Shown one piece after another: positions 9,008 through 17,764 of a stretch of 64,000 bases of DNA. Made by a program: the position numbers and the translations under genes. The notes beneath the pieces were generated by a model that searched no databases, was not told where the DNA came from, and saw only the letters and a list, made by a program, of their open reading frames with translations. Each line of letters opens with the position of its first letter. Position 1 is the first letter of the stretch. Origin of the DNA: Candidatus Methylomirabilota bacterium (lineage in GTDB: Bacteria > Methylomirabilota > Methylomirabilia > Rokubacteriales > CSP1-6); NCBI GenBank assembly GCA_035764725.1, contig DASTYT010000044.1:1-64000 (forward strand), written 5' to 3'.

Positions 9008-9508
9008 CTACTGCTCCTTTCCGCGGCCGTGCCCCTTGCCTTTGCCCTTTTTCCCCTGGTCATCGCCCCGTCCGTGACCCTTGCCCTGGTCGTCACCGTC
9101 GTCGCGGTCCTTCCATTCTCGCTTGGCCGCCCACTCATTTCCCCACTCGTGGCCCCACCGCGGTGGCGCCTTCTTCTGCCACTGCTTCCAGTGGCCGGGA
9201 GGCACCTTGTAGTAGGCCACGGGCACGAGGAGCACGGGCCGTGGCACATAGACGGGCGCGACGACGATCCACGGGCCGTCCACCCGGACGCTCACGTGCC
9301 AGCCGCCGTCCACGAACGCCCAGTACTGCTTGTCGTAGAAGAAGAGGTTGGTGGAGACGGACGGCGCGTATTGCACCGTCTTCACCTCGGGGATCACCAC
9401 GAGGGGCGGCGGGGCGGGCAGGTGAATGCCGATGTTGACCTGGACCTGCGCGTGGACCGGCGTCGCAAGGACGGCGCCGGCGAGCATGGCGACGATGAGC
9501 GCGAGCAT
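9008..9508 (-). CDS. Secreted hypothetical protein with Lys/Gly/His/Asp-rich low-complexity tail
   Basis: ATG at 9508 with GAGGAGGAG RBS. Signal peptide MLALIVAMLAGAVLATPVHA. The C-terminus carries KGHGRG/DDQGK repeats. Confidence 0.55.
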   Translation of the reverse strand: MLALIVAMLAGAVLATPVHAQVQVNIGIHLPAPPPLVVIPEVKTVQYAPSVSTNLFFYDKQYWAFVDGGWHVSVRVDGPWIVVAPVYVPRPVLLVPVAYYKVPPGHWKQWQKKAPPRWGHEWGNEWAAKREWKDRDDGDDQGKGHGRGDDQGKKGKGKGHGRGKEQ

Positions 9509-9534
9509 GGCTCCTCCTCTGGGCTGCGAGTCTC

Positions 9535-10305
9535 TCATTGCGCGGTCCAGCCTCCGTCGATGACGAGCTCGCTGCCCGTCACGAAGCGCGACTCGTCGGA
9601 GGCGAGATAGAGCACGCCGTAGGCGATCTCCTCCGCCTCGCCGTAGCGGCCGAGGGGAATACGGGACACCATGCGCGCGCGGATGGCGGGGTCGGCGCGC
9701 CGTTTCTCCGTCATCGGGGTCACGATCGGCCCCGGGTGCACCGAGTTGGCGCGGATGCCTTCCTGGGCGTACTGCAGCGCGGTGTGCTTGGTGAGGAGGC
9801 GCACCGCGCCCTTGGAGGCCTGGTACTGCGGGCTGCTGTCGTCCATCCCGACCAGGCCGAGCTGGGAGGAGATGTTGACGATGGCCCCGCCGCCGGCGCG
9901 GCGCAGGGCGGGGATCGCCGCCCTCGTGCCGAGGAAGGCGCCGGTGGCGTTGACCTCCATCACCCGGTGCCATTCCTCCAGCGTGGTGTCCTCCACGCGG
10001 CCGGCTCCGCCGATGCCCGCGTTGTTCACGAGGACGTCGAGCTTGCCGAAGCGGGTCACCGCCGCCGCGACCGCGCGCTCCCAGTCCGGCTCGCGAGTCA
10101 CGTCGAGGGAGACGAAGGCGGCCTGGCCGCCCCGCCCCGACAGCTCCGCTTCGAGCGCACGGCCTTCGGGCTCGAGCACGTCGCCCACGACGACGCGGGC
10201 GCCCTCCTGAGCGAACAGCCGAGCGGTGGCGGCGCCGATGCCGCGCGCGCCGCCGCTGATGAGCGCGACCTTCCCGGCGAGTCTCGGTGGCATGGGCGGG
10301 AGCAT
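9535..10305 (-). CDS. SDR family oxidoreductase (3-oxoacyl-ACP reductase-like)
   Basis: GKVALISGGARGIG...NNAG...SSQ...Y..SK motifs. Start is at 10305 or 10293. Confidence 0.8.
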   Translation of the reverse strand: MLPPMPPRLAGKVALISGGARGIGAATARLFAQEGARVVVGDVLEPEGRALEAELSGRGGQAAFVSLDVTREPDWERAVAAAVTRFGKLDVLVNNAGIGGAGRVEDTTLEEWHRVMEVNATGAFLGTRAAIPALRRAGGGAIVNISSQLGLVGMDDSSPQYQASKGAVRLLTKHTALQYAQEGIRANSVHPGPIVTPMTEKRRADPAIRARMVSRIPLGRYGEAEEIAYGVLYLASDESRFVTGSELVIDGGWTAQ

Positions 10306-10414
10306 AGCAGGAAGCCCCGGTGCTATGCTCCGTCGAGAGGCAGGGGGAGGTGAGTGGACATGGGGCGCGTGAGACCGCCGCGGAAGCCGAAGAAGAAGAA
10401 GTAGGGACAAGCAT

Positions 10415-11644
10415 GTGATGCGGGTCTGGATCGGAGTGCCGCTGCTCGCGGGTCTCGCGCTACTCGCGGCGCCGGCCCGTCTCGCCGCGCAATCTTCCCC
10501 ATCGGCGGCCGCCCCGCTCGAGGTGCAGACCATCCTCGAGGTGAAGAAGACCACGCCGGGGATGCGGGTGCCCATCACCGTGCGCGTGCTCAATCGCGGC
10601 AGGGCGTCGGTCGGGCCCGTCGAGGTGAAGATCCGGCCGCTTCCCCTCGACCCGGCGGCGCCGGCGCTGGCCCCGCGGCTGCTCCTCCCCGGTCAGTCCC
10701 TCGCGCACGCCTTCACGCTGCTTGCCGAGCACGCCGGCACCTACACGATCAGCGTGTGGATCGTGGACGGCAGCGGCGGGCTGCTGCTCGCGCAAGAGGC
10801 GGGAGCCCTGGAGGTCGCACCCACCACCTGGGTGGGGCCCAGCGCCCCCGCCATCATCGCGGCCATCGTCACCATCGTCGGTACCCTCTTCATCCAGGTG
10901 ATGATCTGGCGGCTGAACCGCCGGCAGCGGACCACGGAGGCGGTGAGCCAGATGGTCGTGGGCATGGCCCGCGACTATTTCGGGACGCTCTCGGGCACGC
11001 TCGTCGAGCTGACGCGGGCGCTCAAGGCCATCCGCGACCCGGCCATCACTCCGGAGGAGCGCGAGCATTTGCATGTGCGTGCGTTCTTCTTCTTCGGGAT
11101 CTTCCTGCACAAGGAGAATCAATTCGCGTTCGACCAGGGCGTGATGTATCTGCCGCATCTCTGGGCGGAGGGCGCGGTCGGGTCCATCGTGGCCGAGGTT
11201 CTGCGCATGGTGGACCTCAGGAAGGAGCAGGAAGCGGTCGTTCACAAGTGCTTCTCGGACATCGCGATCATGCAGCGTGGCCCCGGTGACGCCAAGGGCG
11301 TGGACTTTCAGTTCCGGACGCTCTTCGATTTCGAGCGGATGCTCCGTGCGGAGCGCCCGGACTACGCGCGCGTCGAGCAGCGCCGCGTTCGCGAGGTGTA
11401 CGACGAGGTGAAGGCCAAGTTCGAGGACCCGGAGGTCATCGAACGGATCCGGATGCTCGAAGAGGCCCTTCGCGCCATCATCGAATACGAGTTCACGTCG
11501 ATCTTCGCGGATGTGTATGTGAGCAAGGAACAGGAGCGCGAGCTGCCCCTCGCACCGCCCAAGGGCTTCGACGCCATCGTCGACGGCGTCACGTGGAAAG
11601 AGGTCCGGGAGCGCGTGCTGGGCGCGCGCCCGAACCTCCCCTGA
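10415..11644 (+). CDS. Hypothetical single-pass membrane protein
   Basis: Signal peptide, a ~130 aa beta-rich extracytoplasmic region (TVRVLNRGRASVGPVEVKI), one TM helix (AIIAAIVTIVGTLFIQVMIW), and a ~240 aa cytoplasmic domain with no recognisable family. Confidence 0.6.
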   Translation: MMRVWIGVPLLAGLALLAAPARLAAQSSPSAAAPLEVQTILEVKKTTPGMRVPITVRVLNRGRASVGPVEVKIRPLPLDPAAPALAPRLLLPGQSLAHAFTLLAEHAGTYTISVWIVDGSGGLLLAQEAGALEVAPTTWVGPSAPAIIAAIVTIVGTLFIQVMIWRLNRRQRTTEAVSQMVVGMARDYFGTLSGTLVELTRALKAIRDPAITPEEREHLHVRAFFFFGIFLHKENQFAFDQGVMYLPHLWAEGAVGSIVAEVLRMVDLRKEQEAVVHKCFSDIAIMQRGPGDAKGVDFQFRTLFDFERMLRAERPDYARVEQRRVREVYDEVKAKFEDPEVIERIRMLEEALRAIIEYEFTSIFADVYVSKEQERELPLAPPKGFDAIVDGVTWKEVRERVLGARPNLP

Positions 11645-11654
11645 AGTCCGCGGC

Positions 11655-12266
11655 CTAGGACTTCGACGCCGTGGGCACAAACATGTTGAGGGCGGTCATG
11701 ATCTCCTCGGCCTTGTCCTTCGCCGCCTTGGCCTTGCTCACGGCGTCGGTGAGATTGCCGGTGCTGTAGGCGGCAGAGGCGTCCGACCAGGACTGCTTCA
11801 GCGTGGCGAGCTCGGCCTTGGCGCTCTCGAGCTTGTCCTTGTCGAGGCCGGCTGGCAGCTTCTTACTCTGTGATAGGATGTCCACCCGCGACTGGATCGC
11901 GTCCGCCATCTGCGGCACTCCCGCGCTCACGTCGGTCCACTCGCGGGTCAGCTCGGCCTTCTTGGCGGCGACCACCGACGAGAGGTCACCGGCTTGGGCA
12001 GCAACCTGCTTCGCCGTGCCCAGCGCCGCGGTGTAGTCACCCTTGTCGAAGCTCGCCTTCGCGCTGGCGAGGCCGTCCTCGACGACTTTGAGCTGAGCGG
12101 GGATGAGCTTCGACGCCTCCCCTCGCACCGCGGCGAGCGCCCCGTCGGCCGCCTTGATCGCCGCCTCGGCCGGCGCCTTGTCGGCGCTGCCGCACGCCGA
12201 GACGAGCAGCGCCACCATCAGCACTCCTACCGAGCCCGCCCACCGGTTCACATTGGCTCGTCGCAT
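11655..12266 (-). CDS. Hypothetical lipoprotein (helical, Ala/Lys-rich)
   Basis: Lipobox LVSAC|G follows the signal peptide. Confidence 0.6.
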   Translation of the reverse strand: MRRANVNRWAGSVGVLMVALLVSACGSADKAPAEAAIKAADGALAAVRGEASKLIPAQLKVVEDGLASAKASFDKGDYTAALGTAKQVAAQAGDLSSVVAAKKAELTREWTDVSAGVPQMADAIQSRVDILSQSKKLPAGLDKDKLESAKAELATLKQSWSDASAAYSTGNLTDAVSKAKAAKDKAEEIMTALNMFVPTASKS

Positions 12267-12276
12267 GGTTTCCTCC

Positions 12277-12483
12277 TCACGGGATGCGCAGGCGCTGCCC
12301 GACCTTGATGAGATCGGGGTTCTTGACCGTGTCCTTGTTGGCCTCGAAGATCTTCGTGTAGAGGCTGCCGTCGCCGTAGTACTGAGCGGCGATCTTCCAC
12401 AAGGTCTCGCCTTTCTTCACCTCATGCCACTGCGTGGCATCCCAGCCCGCGCCTCCGCCTCCCTCTTTCACCTCGTTCGTCAT
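12277..12483 (-). CDS. LysM domain-containing small protein
   Basis: 'GETLWKIAAQYYGDGSLYTKIFEANKD...PDLIKVGQRLRIP' is a LysM domain. ATG at 12483 is preceded by GAGGAGG. Confidence 0.7.
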   Translation of the reverse strand: MTNEVKEGGGGAGWDATQWHEVKKGETLWKIAAQYYGDGSLYTKIFEANKDTVKNPDLIKVGQRLRIP

Positions 12484-12585
12484 GGCGCACCTCCTCACGC
12501 GACGGGAAACATTGTGCGACCACTTGAAGCGTACGAGTTGAAGCCTACGAGGGGCCGCGGCGTGCGGGCTAGTGAGACTTTGGCC

Positions 12586-13854
12586 CTACGCGGCGGCGGC
12601 GCCTGCTTCCGGCACGGTGGCGAGTCCCGCGAGCGGCGAGCCGAGGATGATGAGCGCCTGGACGACGAAGCCCAGCGCGCTCACGACGATCGCGCACTCG
12701 AGACCACACGTCACACCGATGGCGCCCCCGAGCGCCGCGCCGATCGGCCGTGCGCCCGTCGAGCCCGTCATGATGAGCGCCGATACGCGACCGAGGAGCC
12801 CCTCCGGCGTGACGGATTGGCGCAGCGTGATCTGACTGATGGTCCAGAGGAGCGGGCCCGCGCCGAAGAGGAAGAAGGCCGCCCCGGCGAGGAGCGTGGA
12901 CGGGAGCCAGATCGTGGCGACCATGCACGCAGCGGCGGCCACCGAGACCACCGGCCCTGCGCTGAGCGCCGCCCCGAAGGTGAGCTGCGGCAGGAGCCGC
13001 GGGGCCGCCAGTGCGCCGACGAGCATGCCGCCTCCATAGCACGCCAGGGTGGTTCCGATGCCCGACGCATCGAGGCCGAGGGTGTGGGCGGCGTACGGCA
13101 CGTAGGCGGCCTGGAGCACGAACCACGAGCAGTTCCACACGACCGCAGTGAGGAGCACGGGCCGGAGGAGGTGATGCCGCCAGGCGAATGCCGCGCCATC
13201 GTGCAGATCGCGCAGGACGTGGCGCGCGGCCGCAGGCGCCCGCGGCGGCTCGGGCACGCCCATCAGCAGCACGACCGCCACCACGGAGATGGCGGCGGCG
13301 AGCACGAAGGCCGCGGAGCCGCCCGCCCACGCCACCAGCGCCCCGGCGGCCGCGGGCCCCGCCGCGAAGGCGACGCTGCGCGCGAGCTCGAGGCGGCCGT
13401 TCGCGGCGGCGAAGGCCTCGCGCGGCACGAGCGCGGGGACGAGGGCCGGCGCCGCCACGCTGAACGCGACCGTGCCGGTGGCGGCGGCGAAGCCGATGGC
13501 CGCGAGGGCGGGCACCGACATCCAGCCCTGGAGCGCCAGCAGCGGTAGCGCGCCCAGCGCCAGCGCGCGAAACGCCTCCGCCAGCGTCATGAGCCGACGC
13601 CGCGACATCCGATCGGCGAGGACGCCCAGCGGAAACGAGAGCACGAGGAACGGCGCGCTCTGCGCGGCGGCGAGCATGCCGGTGTCGCCGGCGCCCGCAC
13701 CGAGCGCGAGCACGGCCACGATGGGCGCGGCGGCGAGGGCGATCTGCTCCGCGGATTGGGCCGCCAGGTTCGACCACGCGAGCCGGCGAAACGCGCCGCC
13801 GAGTCCACTTCCCGAGCCTTCATGAGTGTTGACCATTCCGGTCGAGTTCTTCAT
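12586..13854 (-). CDS. MFS transporter
   Basis: About 12 hydrophobic helices with MFS-like loop motifs. The start at 13854 is uncertain (alternative 13836). The longer ORF upstream is an Arg-rich artefact. Confidence 0.65.
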   Translation of the reverse strand: MKNSTGMVNTHEGSGSGLGGAFRRLAWSNLAAQSAEQIALAAAPIVAVLALGAGAGDTGMLAAAQSAPFLVLSFPLGVLADRMSRRRLMTLAEAFRALALGALPLLALQGWMSVPALAAIGFAAATGTVAFSVAAPALVPALVPREAFAAANGRLELARSVAFAAGPAAAGALVAWAGGSAAFVLAAAISVVAVVLLMGVPEPPRAPAAARHVLRDLHDGAAFAWRHHLLRPVLLTAVVWNCSWFVLQAAYVPYAAHTLGLDASGIGTTLACYGGGMLVGALAAPRLLPQLTFGAALSAGPVVSVAAAACMVATIWLPSTLLAGAAFFLFGAGPLLWTISQITLRQSVTPEGLLGRVSALIMTGSTGARPIGAALGGAIGVTCGLECAIVVSALGFVVQALIILGSPLAGLATVPEAGAAAA

Positions 13855-14069
13855 CTCGGCCGGGTATACGCGCGAGAGACGCGAAAGGAATGGGAGCGCG
13901 TCAGCGCCTATGCGCGCCCGACAGTCGGCCCGATGCCTCGGGCGTGCTGCCTTCGCCCGGGTCCAGATGCCGTCGCGCGGCCGCTCGTAAGTCTTCGTCG
14001 CGTCGTCACTCGGGGGAAGCGTGGCGCTGGCATGCCATCCGCAAAGACGCCGATACGGGAGGGCCAGAC

Positions 14070-14276
14070 ATGCCGATGGAAGAGCTGATCGCGTATGTGG
14101 TGTTGCTCTCGCTACCGCTCTGGCTACTGATCGAGCAGCTCCTGCACATCTGGGATGCGCGGCGGTCCACCGCGTCGCGGCCCGCGTCGCAGCCCGAGCC
14201 ACAGCCCGAGCGGCGGCCCGAGCGCCGGGTGCCCGCGCCCCCTTTCCCCGAGGCCCTGCGCTCCGGTCAAAGGTGA
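14070..14276 (+). CDS. Small hypothetical membrane protein (1 TM, Pro/Arg-rich tail)
   Basis: GGGAGGG RBS 6 nt before ATG 14070. TM helix EELIAYVVLLSLPLWLLIEQLL. Confidence 0.3.
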   Translation: MPMEELIAYVVLLSLPLWLLIEQLLHIWDARRSTASRPASQPEPQPERRPERRVPAPPFPEALRSGQR

Positions 14277-14345
14277 TATGGTGTGGCCCTCCCCGAGGCG
14301 ACGCGGCGATGGGGCCGCCGCCCGAGACAGGAGGAGGGCCACGCC

Positions 14346-15119
14346 ATGCCGACGATCACTCGCGACGGGATCAACCTGGCCTATGACGAGCGCGGGACGG
14401 GATCTCCGGCCTTCGTCTTCATCCACGGGTGGACCTGCGACCGGTCCTTCTTCGCGCCGCAGGCCGAGTACTTCGCCAAACGCCACAAGGTCGTCTCCGT
14501 GGACCTGCGTGGCCATGGTGAGAGCGACAAGCCTCAGGGCGCGTATCCGATCTCGGCCTATGCGGACGACATCGCCCACCTGATCGACAAGCTCCAGCTC
14601 GGCCGCGTCGTCGCGGTGGGGCACAGCATGGGCGGCATCACGGTGCTGCAGCTCGGGGCCGCCCACCCGGAGAAGGTCGCGGGTATCGTGATGGTGGATC
14701 CCGCGCCCCTGGCGTTTCCCGCCGAGCTCAAGGCCGGCATCGAGGGGCTCGTCGGGGCCATCGAGGCGGGCAACCAAGAGCCGCGCCGGCAGTTCATCGC
14801 CGAGCGCCTGTTCCTCCCCACGTCCGACAAGGCGCTGGTCGATCGCGTGCTGAAGGTGATGATGGCGGCGCCGAGCCACGTGGCGTCGGCCGCCATGCGG
14901 GGCATCCTCGCCTACGATGGCGTCAAGGCGGCCGCGCGATGCAAGGTACCCGCGCTCCACATCGCCGCCACCCCACCCCTCAATCCGCCCCATATGATGA
15001 CGGAGTGGCTACCCACCGTGGTGAACGGCTGGACGGTCGGCGCCGGCCACTTCAACATGCTCGAAGCCCCCGAGCAGGTGAACGGGATGATCGAGGGCTT
15101 TCTGCGCCACCACGTCTAG
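14346..15119 (+). CDS. Alpha/beta hydrolase
   Basis: HGWTCD...GHSMGG nucleophile elbow. AGGAGGAG RBS before ATG 14346. Confidence 0.8.
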   Translation: MPTITRDGINLAYDERGTGSPAFVFIHGWTCDRSFFAPQAEYFAKRHKVVSVDLRGHGESDKPQGAYPISAYADDIAHLIDKLQLGRVVAVGHSMGGITVLQLGAAHPEKVAGIVMVDPAPLAFPAELKAGIEGLVGAIEAGNQEPRRQFIAERLFLPTSDKALVDRVLKVMMAAPSHVASAAMRGILAYDGVKAAARCKVPALHIAATPPLNPPHMMTEWLPTVVNGWTVGAGHFNMLEAPEQVNGMIEGFLRHHV

Positions 15120-15132
15120 GAGACCGAGTCTC

Positions 15133-16314
15133 ATGGACCTCAACTACTCCACCGAGGAGCTGACCTTCCGCGACGACGTGCGGTCGTGGCTGCGGGGCAA
15201 TCTCCCCGCCGATCTCAAGCAGAAGGTCGAGAGCTATCAGGAGCTGTCGAAGGACGATCTCCTGGGGTGGCACCGCATCCTCGCCAAGAAGGGCTGGGTG
15301 GCGCCGGACTGGCCGGTGGAGTGGGGCGGCACGGGCTGGAGCGTGACCGAGCGGTACATCTTCGAGGAGGAATGCGGCTACGCGGCCACCCCGCCCCTGG
15401 TCGCCTTCGGCCTCCGGATGTGCGCGCCGGTGCTGTTGCGCTTCGGCACCGAGGCGCAGAAGAAGCGCTTCCTGCCCCGCATCTACAACGGCGAGGACTT
15501 CTGGTGCCAGGGGTACTCCGAGCCCGGAAGCGGCTCCGACCTCGCCTCGCTCAAGACCAAGGCCGCGCGCCAGGGCGATCACTACGTGGTGACGGGGCAG
15601 AAGATCTGGACCACGCTCGCGCATCACGCGGACTGGATCTTCTGCCTCGTCCGCACCGATCCCACCCAGGCCAAGCGGCAGGACGGCATCTCGTTCCTCC
15701 TGATCGACATGAAGACCCCGGGCATCACCGTGCGCCCCATCATATTGATGGACGGCGGGCACGAGACCAACGAGGTCTTCTTCGACGACGTGAAGGTGCC
15801 GGCGGAGAACCTCGTGCACGAGGAAGGCAAGGGCTGGACGGTCGCCAAGTACTTGCTCGGCTACGAGCGCATGGGTACCGGGCGCATCGGCGCGTCCAAG
15901 CGCGAGCTGGTCCGGCTCAAGGAGCTGGCCGCGCACCACACCAAGAACGGGCGGCCGCTCATCGAGGACACGCGCTTCCGCGACCGGCTCACCCGCGTCG
16001 AGGTCGAGCTGATGGCGCTCGAGATCACCAACCTGCGCTTCCTCGACCAGATGCGGCGCAGCGGCAAGCCCCCCGGCGCCGACGTCTCGATGCTCAAGAT
16101 CAAGGGCACCGAGATCCAGCAGGCCATCACCGAGCTGATGATGCAGGCGGCCGGCCCGCTCGCCCAGGCGTATCGCCCGGTGGATGCGATGGACTTCGAC
16201 CACTTCACCGCACGGCTGGCGCCGCGCTACTGCAACATGCGCAAGGCGACGATCTACGCGGGATCCAACGAGATCCAGCGGAACATCATCGCGAAGGCGA
16301 CGCTCGGCCTATGA
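15133..16314 (+). CDS. Acyl-CoA dehydrogenase family protein (large subunit-like)
   Basis: ACAD N/M/C domains, including the 'GSNEIQRNII' C-terminal signature. Confidence 0.85.
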   Translation: MDLNYSTEELTFRDDVRSWLRGNLPADLKQKVESYQELSKDDLLGWHRILAKKGWVAPDWPVEWGGTGWSVTERYIFEEECGYAATPPLVAFGLRMCAPVLLRFGTEAQKKRFLPRIYNGEDFWCQGYSEPGSGSDLASLKTKAARQGDHYVVTGQKIWTTLAHHADWIFCLVRTDPTQAKRQDGISFLLIDMKTPGITVRPIILMDGGHETNEVFFDDVKVPAENLVHEEGKGWTVAKYLLGYERMGTGRIGASKRELVRLKELAAHHTKNGRPLIEDTRFRDRLTRVEVELMALEITNLRFLDQMRRSGKPPGADVSMLKIKGTEIQQAITELMMQAAGPLAQAYRPVDAMDFDHFTARLAPRYCNMRKATIYAGSNEIQRNIIAKATLGL

Positions 16315-17456
16315 ACTTCGAGCTCAGCGACGAGCAGCAGCTCCTGGGCGACAGCCTCCGGAAATACCTCGCCAACGACTACTCGTTCGACGCGCGGGCC
16401 AAGATCGTGGCCTCGCCGACCGGCTGGAGCGAGAAGGTCTGGGGCTCGTTCGCGGAGATGGGTCTGCTGGGGGTCCCGTTCCCCGAGGAGCACGGGGGCT
16501 TCGGCGGTACCGCGGTGGACGTGATGCTGGTGATGGAAGCGCTGGGCGAGTCGCTGGTGGTCGAGCCCTATCTCGCCAACGTGGGCATCGCGGGCCGTCT
16601 CGTGCACCGCGCCGGGTCCGACGCGCAGCGGAAGGAGATCCTGCCCGCGCTGATCCAGGGGCAGCGGCGGCTGGCCCTGGCCCACACGGAGGCCGCCGCG
16701 CGCTACGAGCTGCGGCACGTGGGCGCGCGCGCCAAGCGCGCGGGCGACGGGTGGGCGCTGGAAGGCGAGAAGCGCGCGGTGCTCCACGCGGGGGCCGCGG
16801 GCACGCTGATCGTGTCGGCCCGCACCTCGGGGAGCGACACCGACGCGAGCGGCATCAGCCTCTTCCTCGTGGATCGCGCCGCGCGCGGGGTGACGGTGAA
16901 GGAGTACCGCACCATCGACGAGCTGCGCGCCGCGGACGTCTGGCTGTCCGACGTGGCGGTGGGGCGGGACGCCCTGCTGGGCGCGGAGGGGCAGGCGCTG
17001 CCCCTGATCGAGGAGGTCGCCGACTACGCCACCGCGCTTCTCTGCGCGGAGGCGGTGGGCGCCATCCGCTACGCCAACGACACCACGCTCGAGTATCTGA
17101 AGACGCGTCGCCAGTTCGGCGTGCCCATCGGGAGCTTCCAGGCGCTCCAGCACCGGATGGTGGAGATGGTGATCAGCTACGAGCAGGCCCGCTCCATGGC
17201 GTGTCTGGCCTGCGTGAAGGCAGATACCGCGGGCCCCGCGGAGCGGCGGCGCGTGATCTCTGCCGCCAAGATCAAGGTCGCCGATGCCTGCCGGCACGTG
17301 AGCCAGGAGGCGGTGCAGATGCACGGGGGGATGGGCATGACCGACGAGCTGAAAGTCAGCCATACCTTCCGACGCCTGACGATGATCGGCCAGACGTTCG
17401 GCGATGCCGAGCATCACCTGGAGCGCTTCGCCGCTTGCGAGGCCGCGGGAGGCTAG
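16311..17456 (+). CDS. Acyl-CoA dehydrogenase family protein (partner subunit)
   Basis: ACAD fold. ATGA start/stop overlap with the upstream ACAD gene, suggesting a PimC/PimD-like heteromeric pair. Confidence 0.8.
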   Translation: MNFELSDEQQLLGDSLRKYLANDYSFDARAKIVASPTGWSEKVWGSFAEMGLLGVPFPEEHGGFGGTAVDVMLVMEALGESLVVEPYLANVGIAGRLVHRAGSDAQRKEILPALIQGQRRLALAHTEAAARYELRHVGARAKRAGDGWALEGEKRAVLHAGAAGTLIVSARTSGSDTDASGISLFLVDRAARGVTVKEYRTIDELRAADVWLSDVAVGRDALLGAEGQALPLIEEVADYATALLCAEAVGAIRYANDTTLEYLKTRRQFGVPIGSFQALQHRMVEMVISYEQARSMACLACVKADTAGPAERRRVISAAKIKVADACRHVSQEAVQMHGGMGMTDELKVSHTFRRLTMIGQTFGDAEHHLERFAACEAAGG

Positions 17457-17461
17457 GCCGC

Positions 17462-17524
17462 CTACTTCCCCTTGCTCTTCTTCGGCTTCTTCTTCTCCTT
17501 CCGCATGTTCGTGCCCTTGGCCAT
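17462..17524 (-). CDS. Candidate 20-aa Lys-rich micro-protein
   Basis: MAKGTNMRKEKKKPKKSKGK. RBS AAAGGGGGTGA lies 6 nt upstream of the ATG. Convergent with the ACAD operon. Confidence 0.3.
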   Translation of the reverse strand: MAKGTNMRKEKKKPKKSKGK

Positions 17525-17764
17525 GAGTTCACCCCCTTTCGCAGCGCCGTCCCGGCGCGATGTCGGGGCGATTATAGTCGCTGCCCCGGAAATTGAGGAG
17601 CCTTCCGTGCCCCGCGAGGTGCTCGCGCGATAGCCGCGCGGCTCGCGGGCGCCCTCGCCGCGGCCGTCGCCGGCCTGCCGGTCTCGGCCGCCGCCCACGG
17701 GGTCGGCGATCGCTACGACCTGCCTGCCCCGCTCGCACACTTCATCGCGGGCGCGAGCGCGACG

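Noticed and set aside
12103-13548. 481-aa plus-strand ORF antisense to the MFS transporter, and similar ORFs 12569..13777, 13289..13825
   Set aside because: Extreme Arg/Gly/Ala/Pro composition with no domain resemblance. These are classic shadow ORFs of a GC-rich gene on the other strand.
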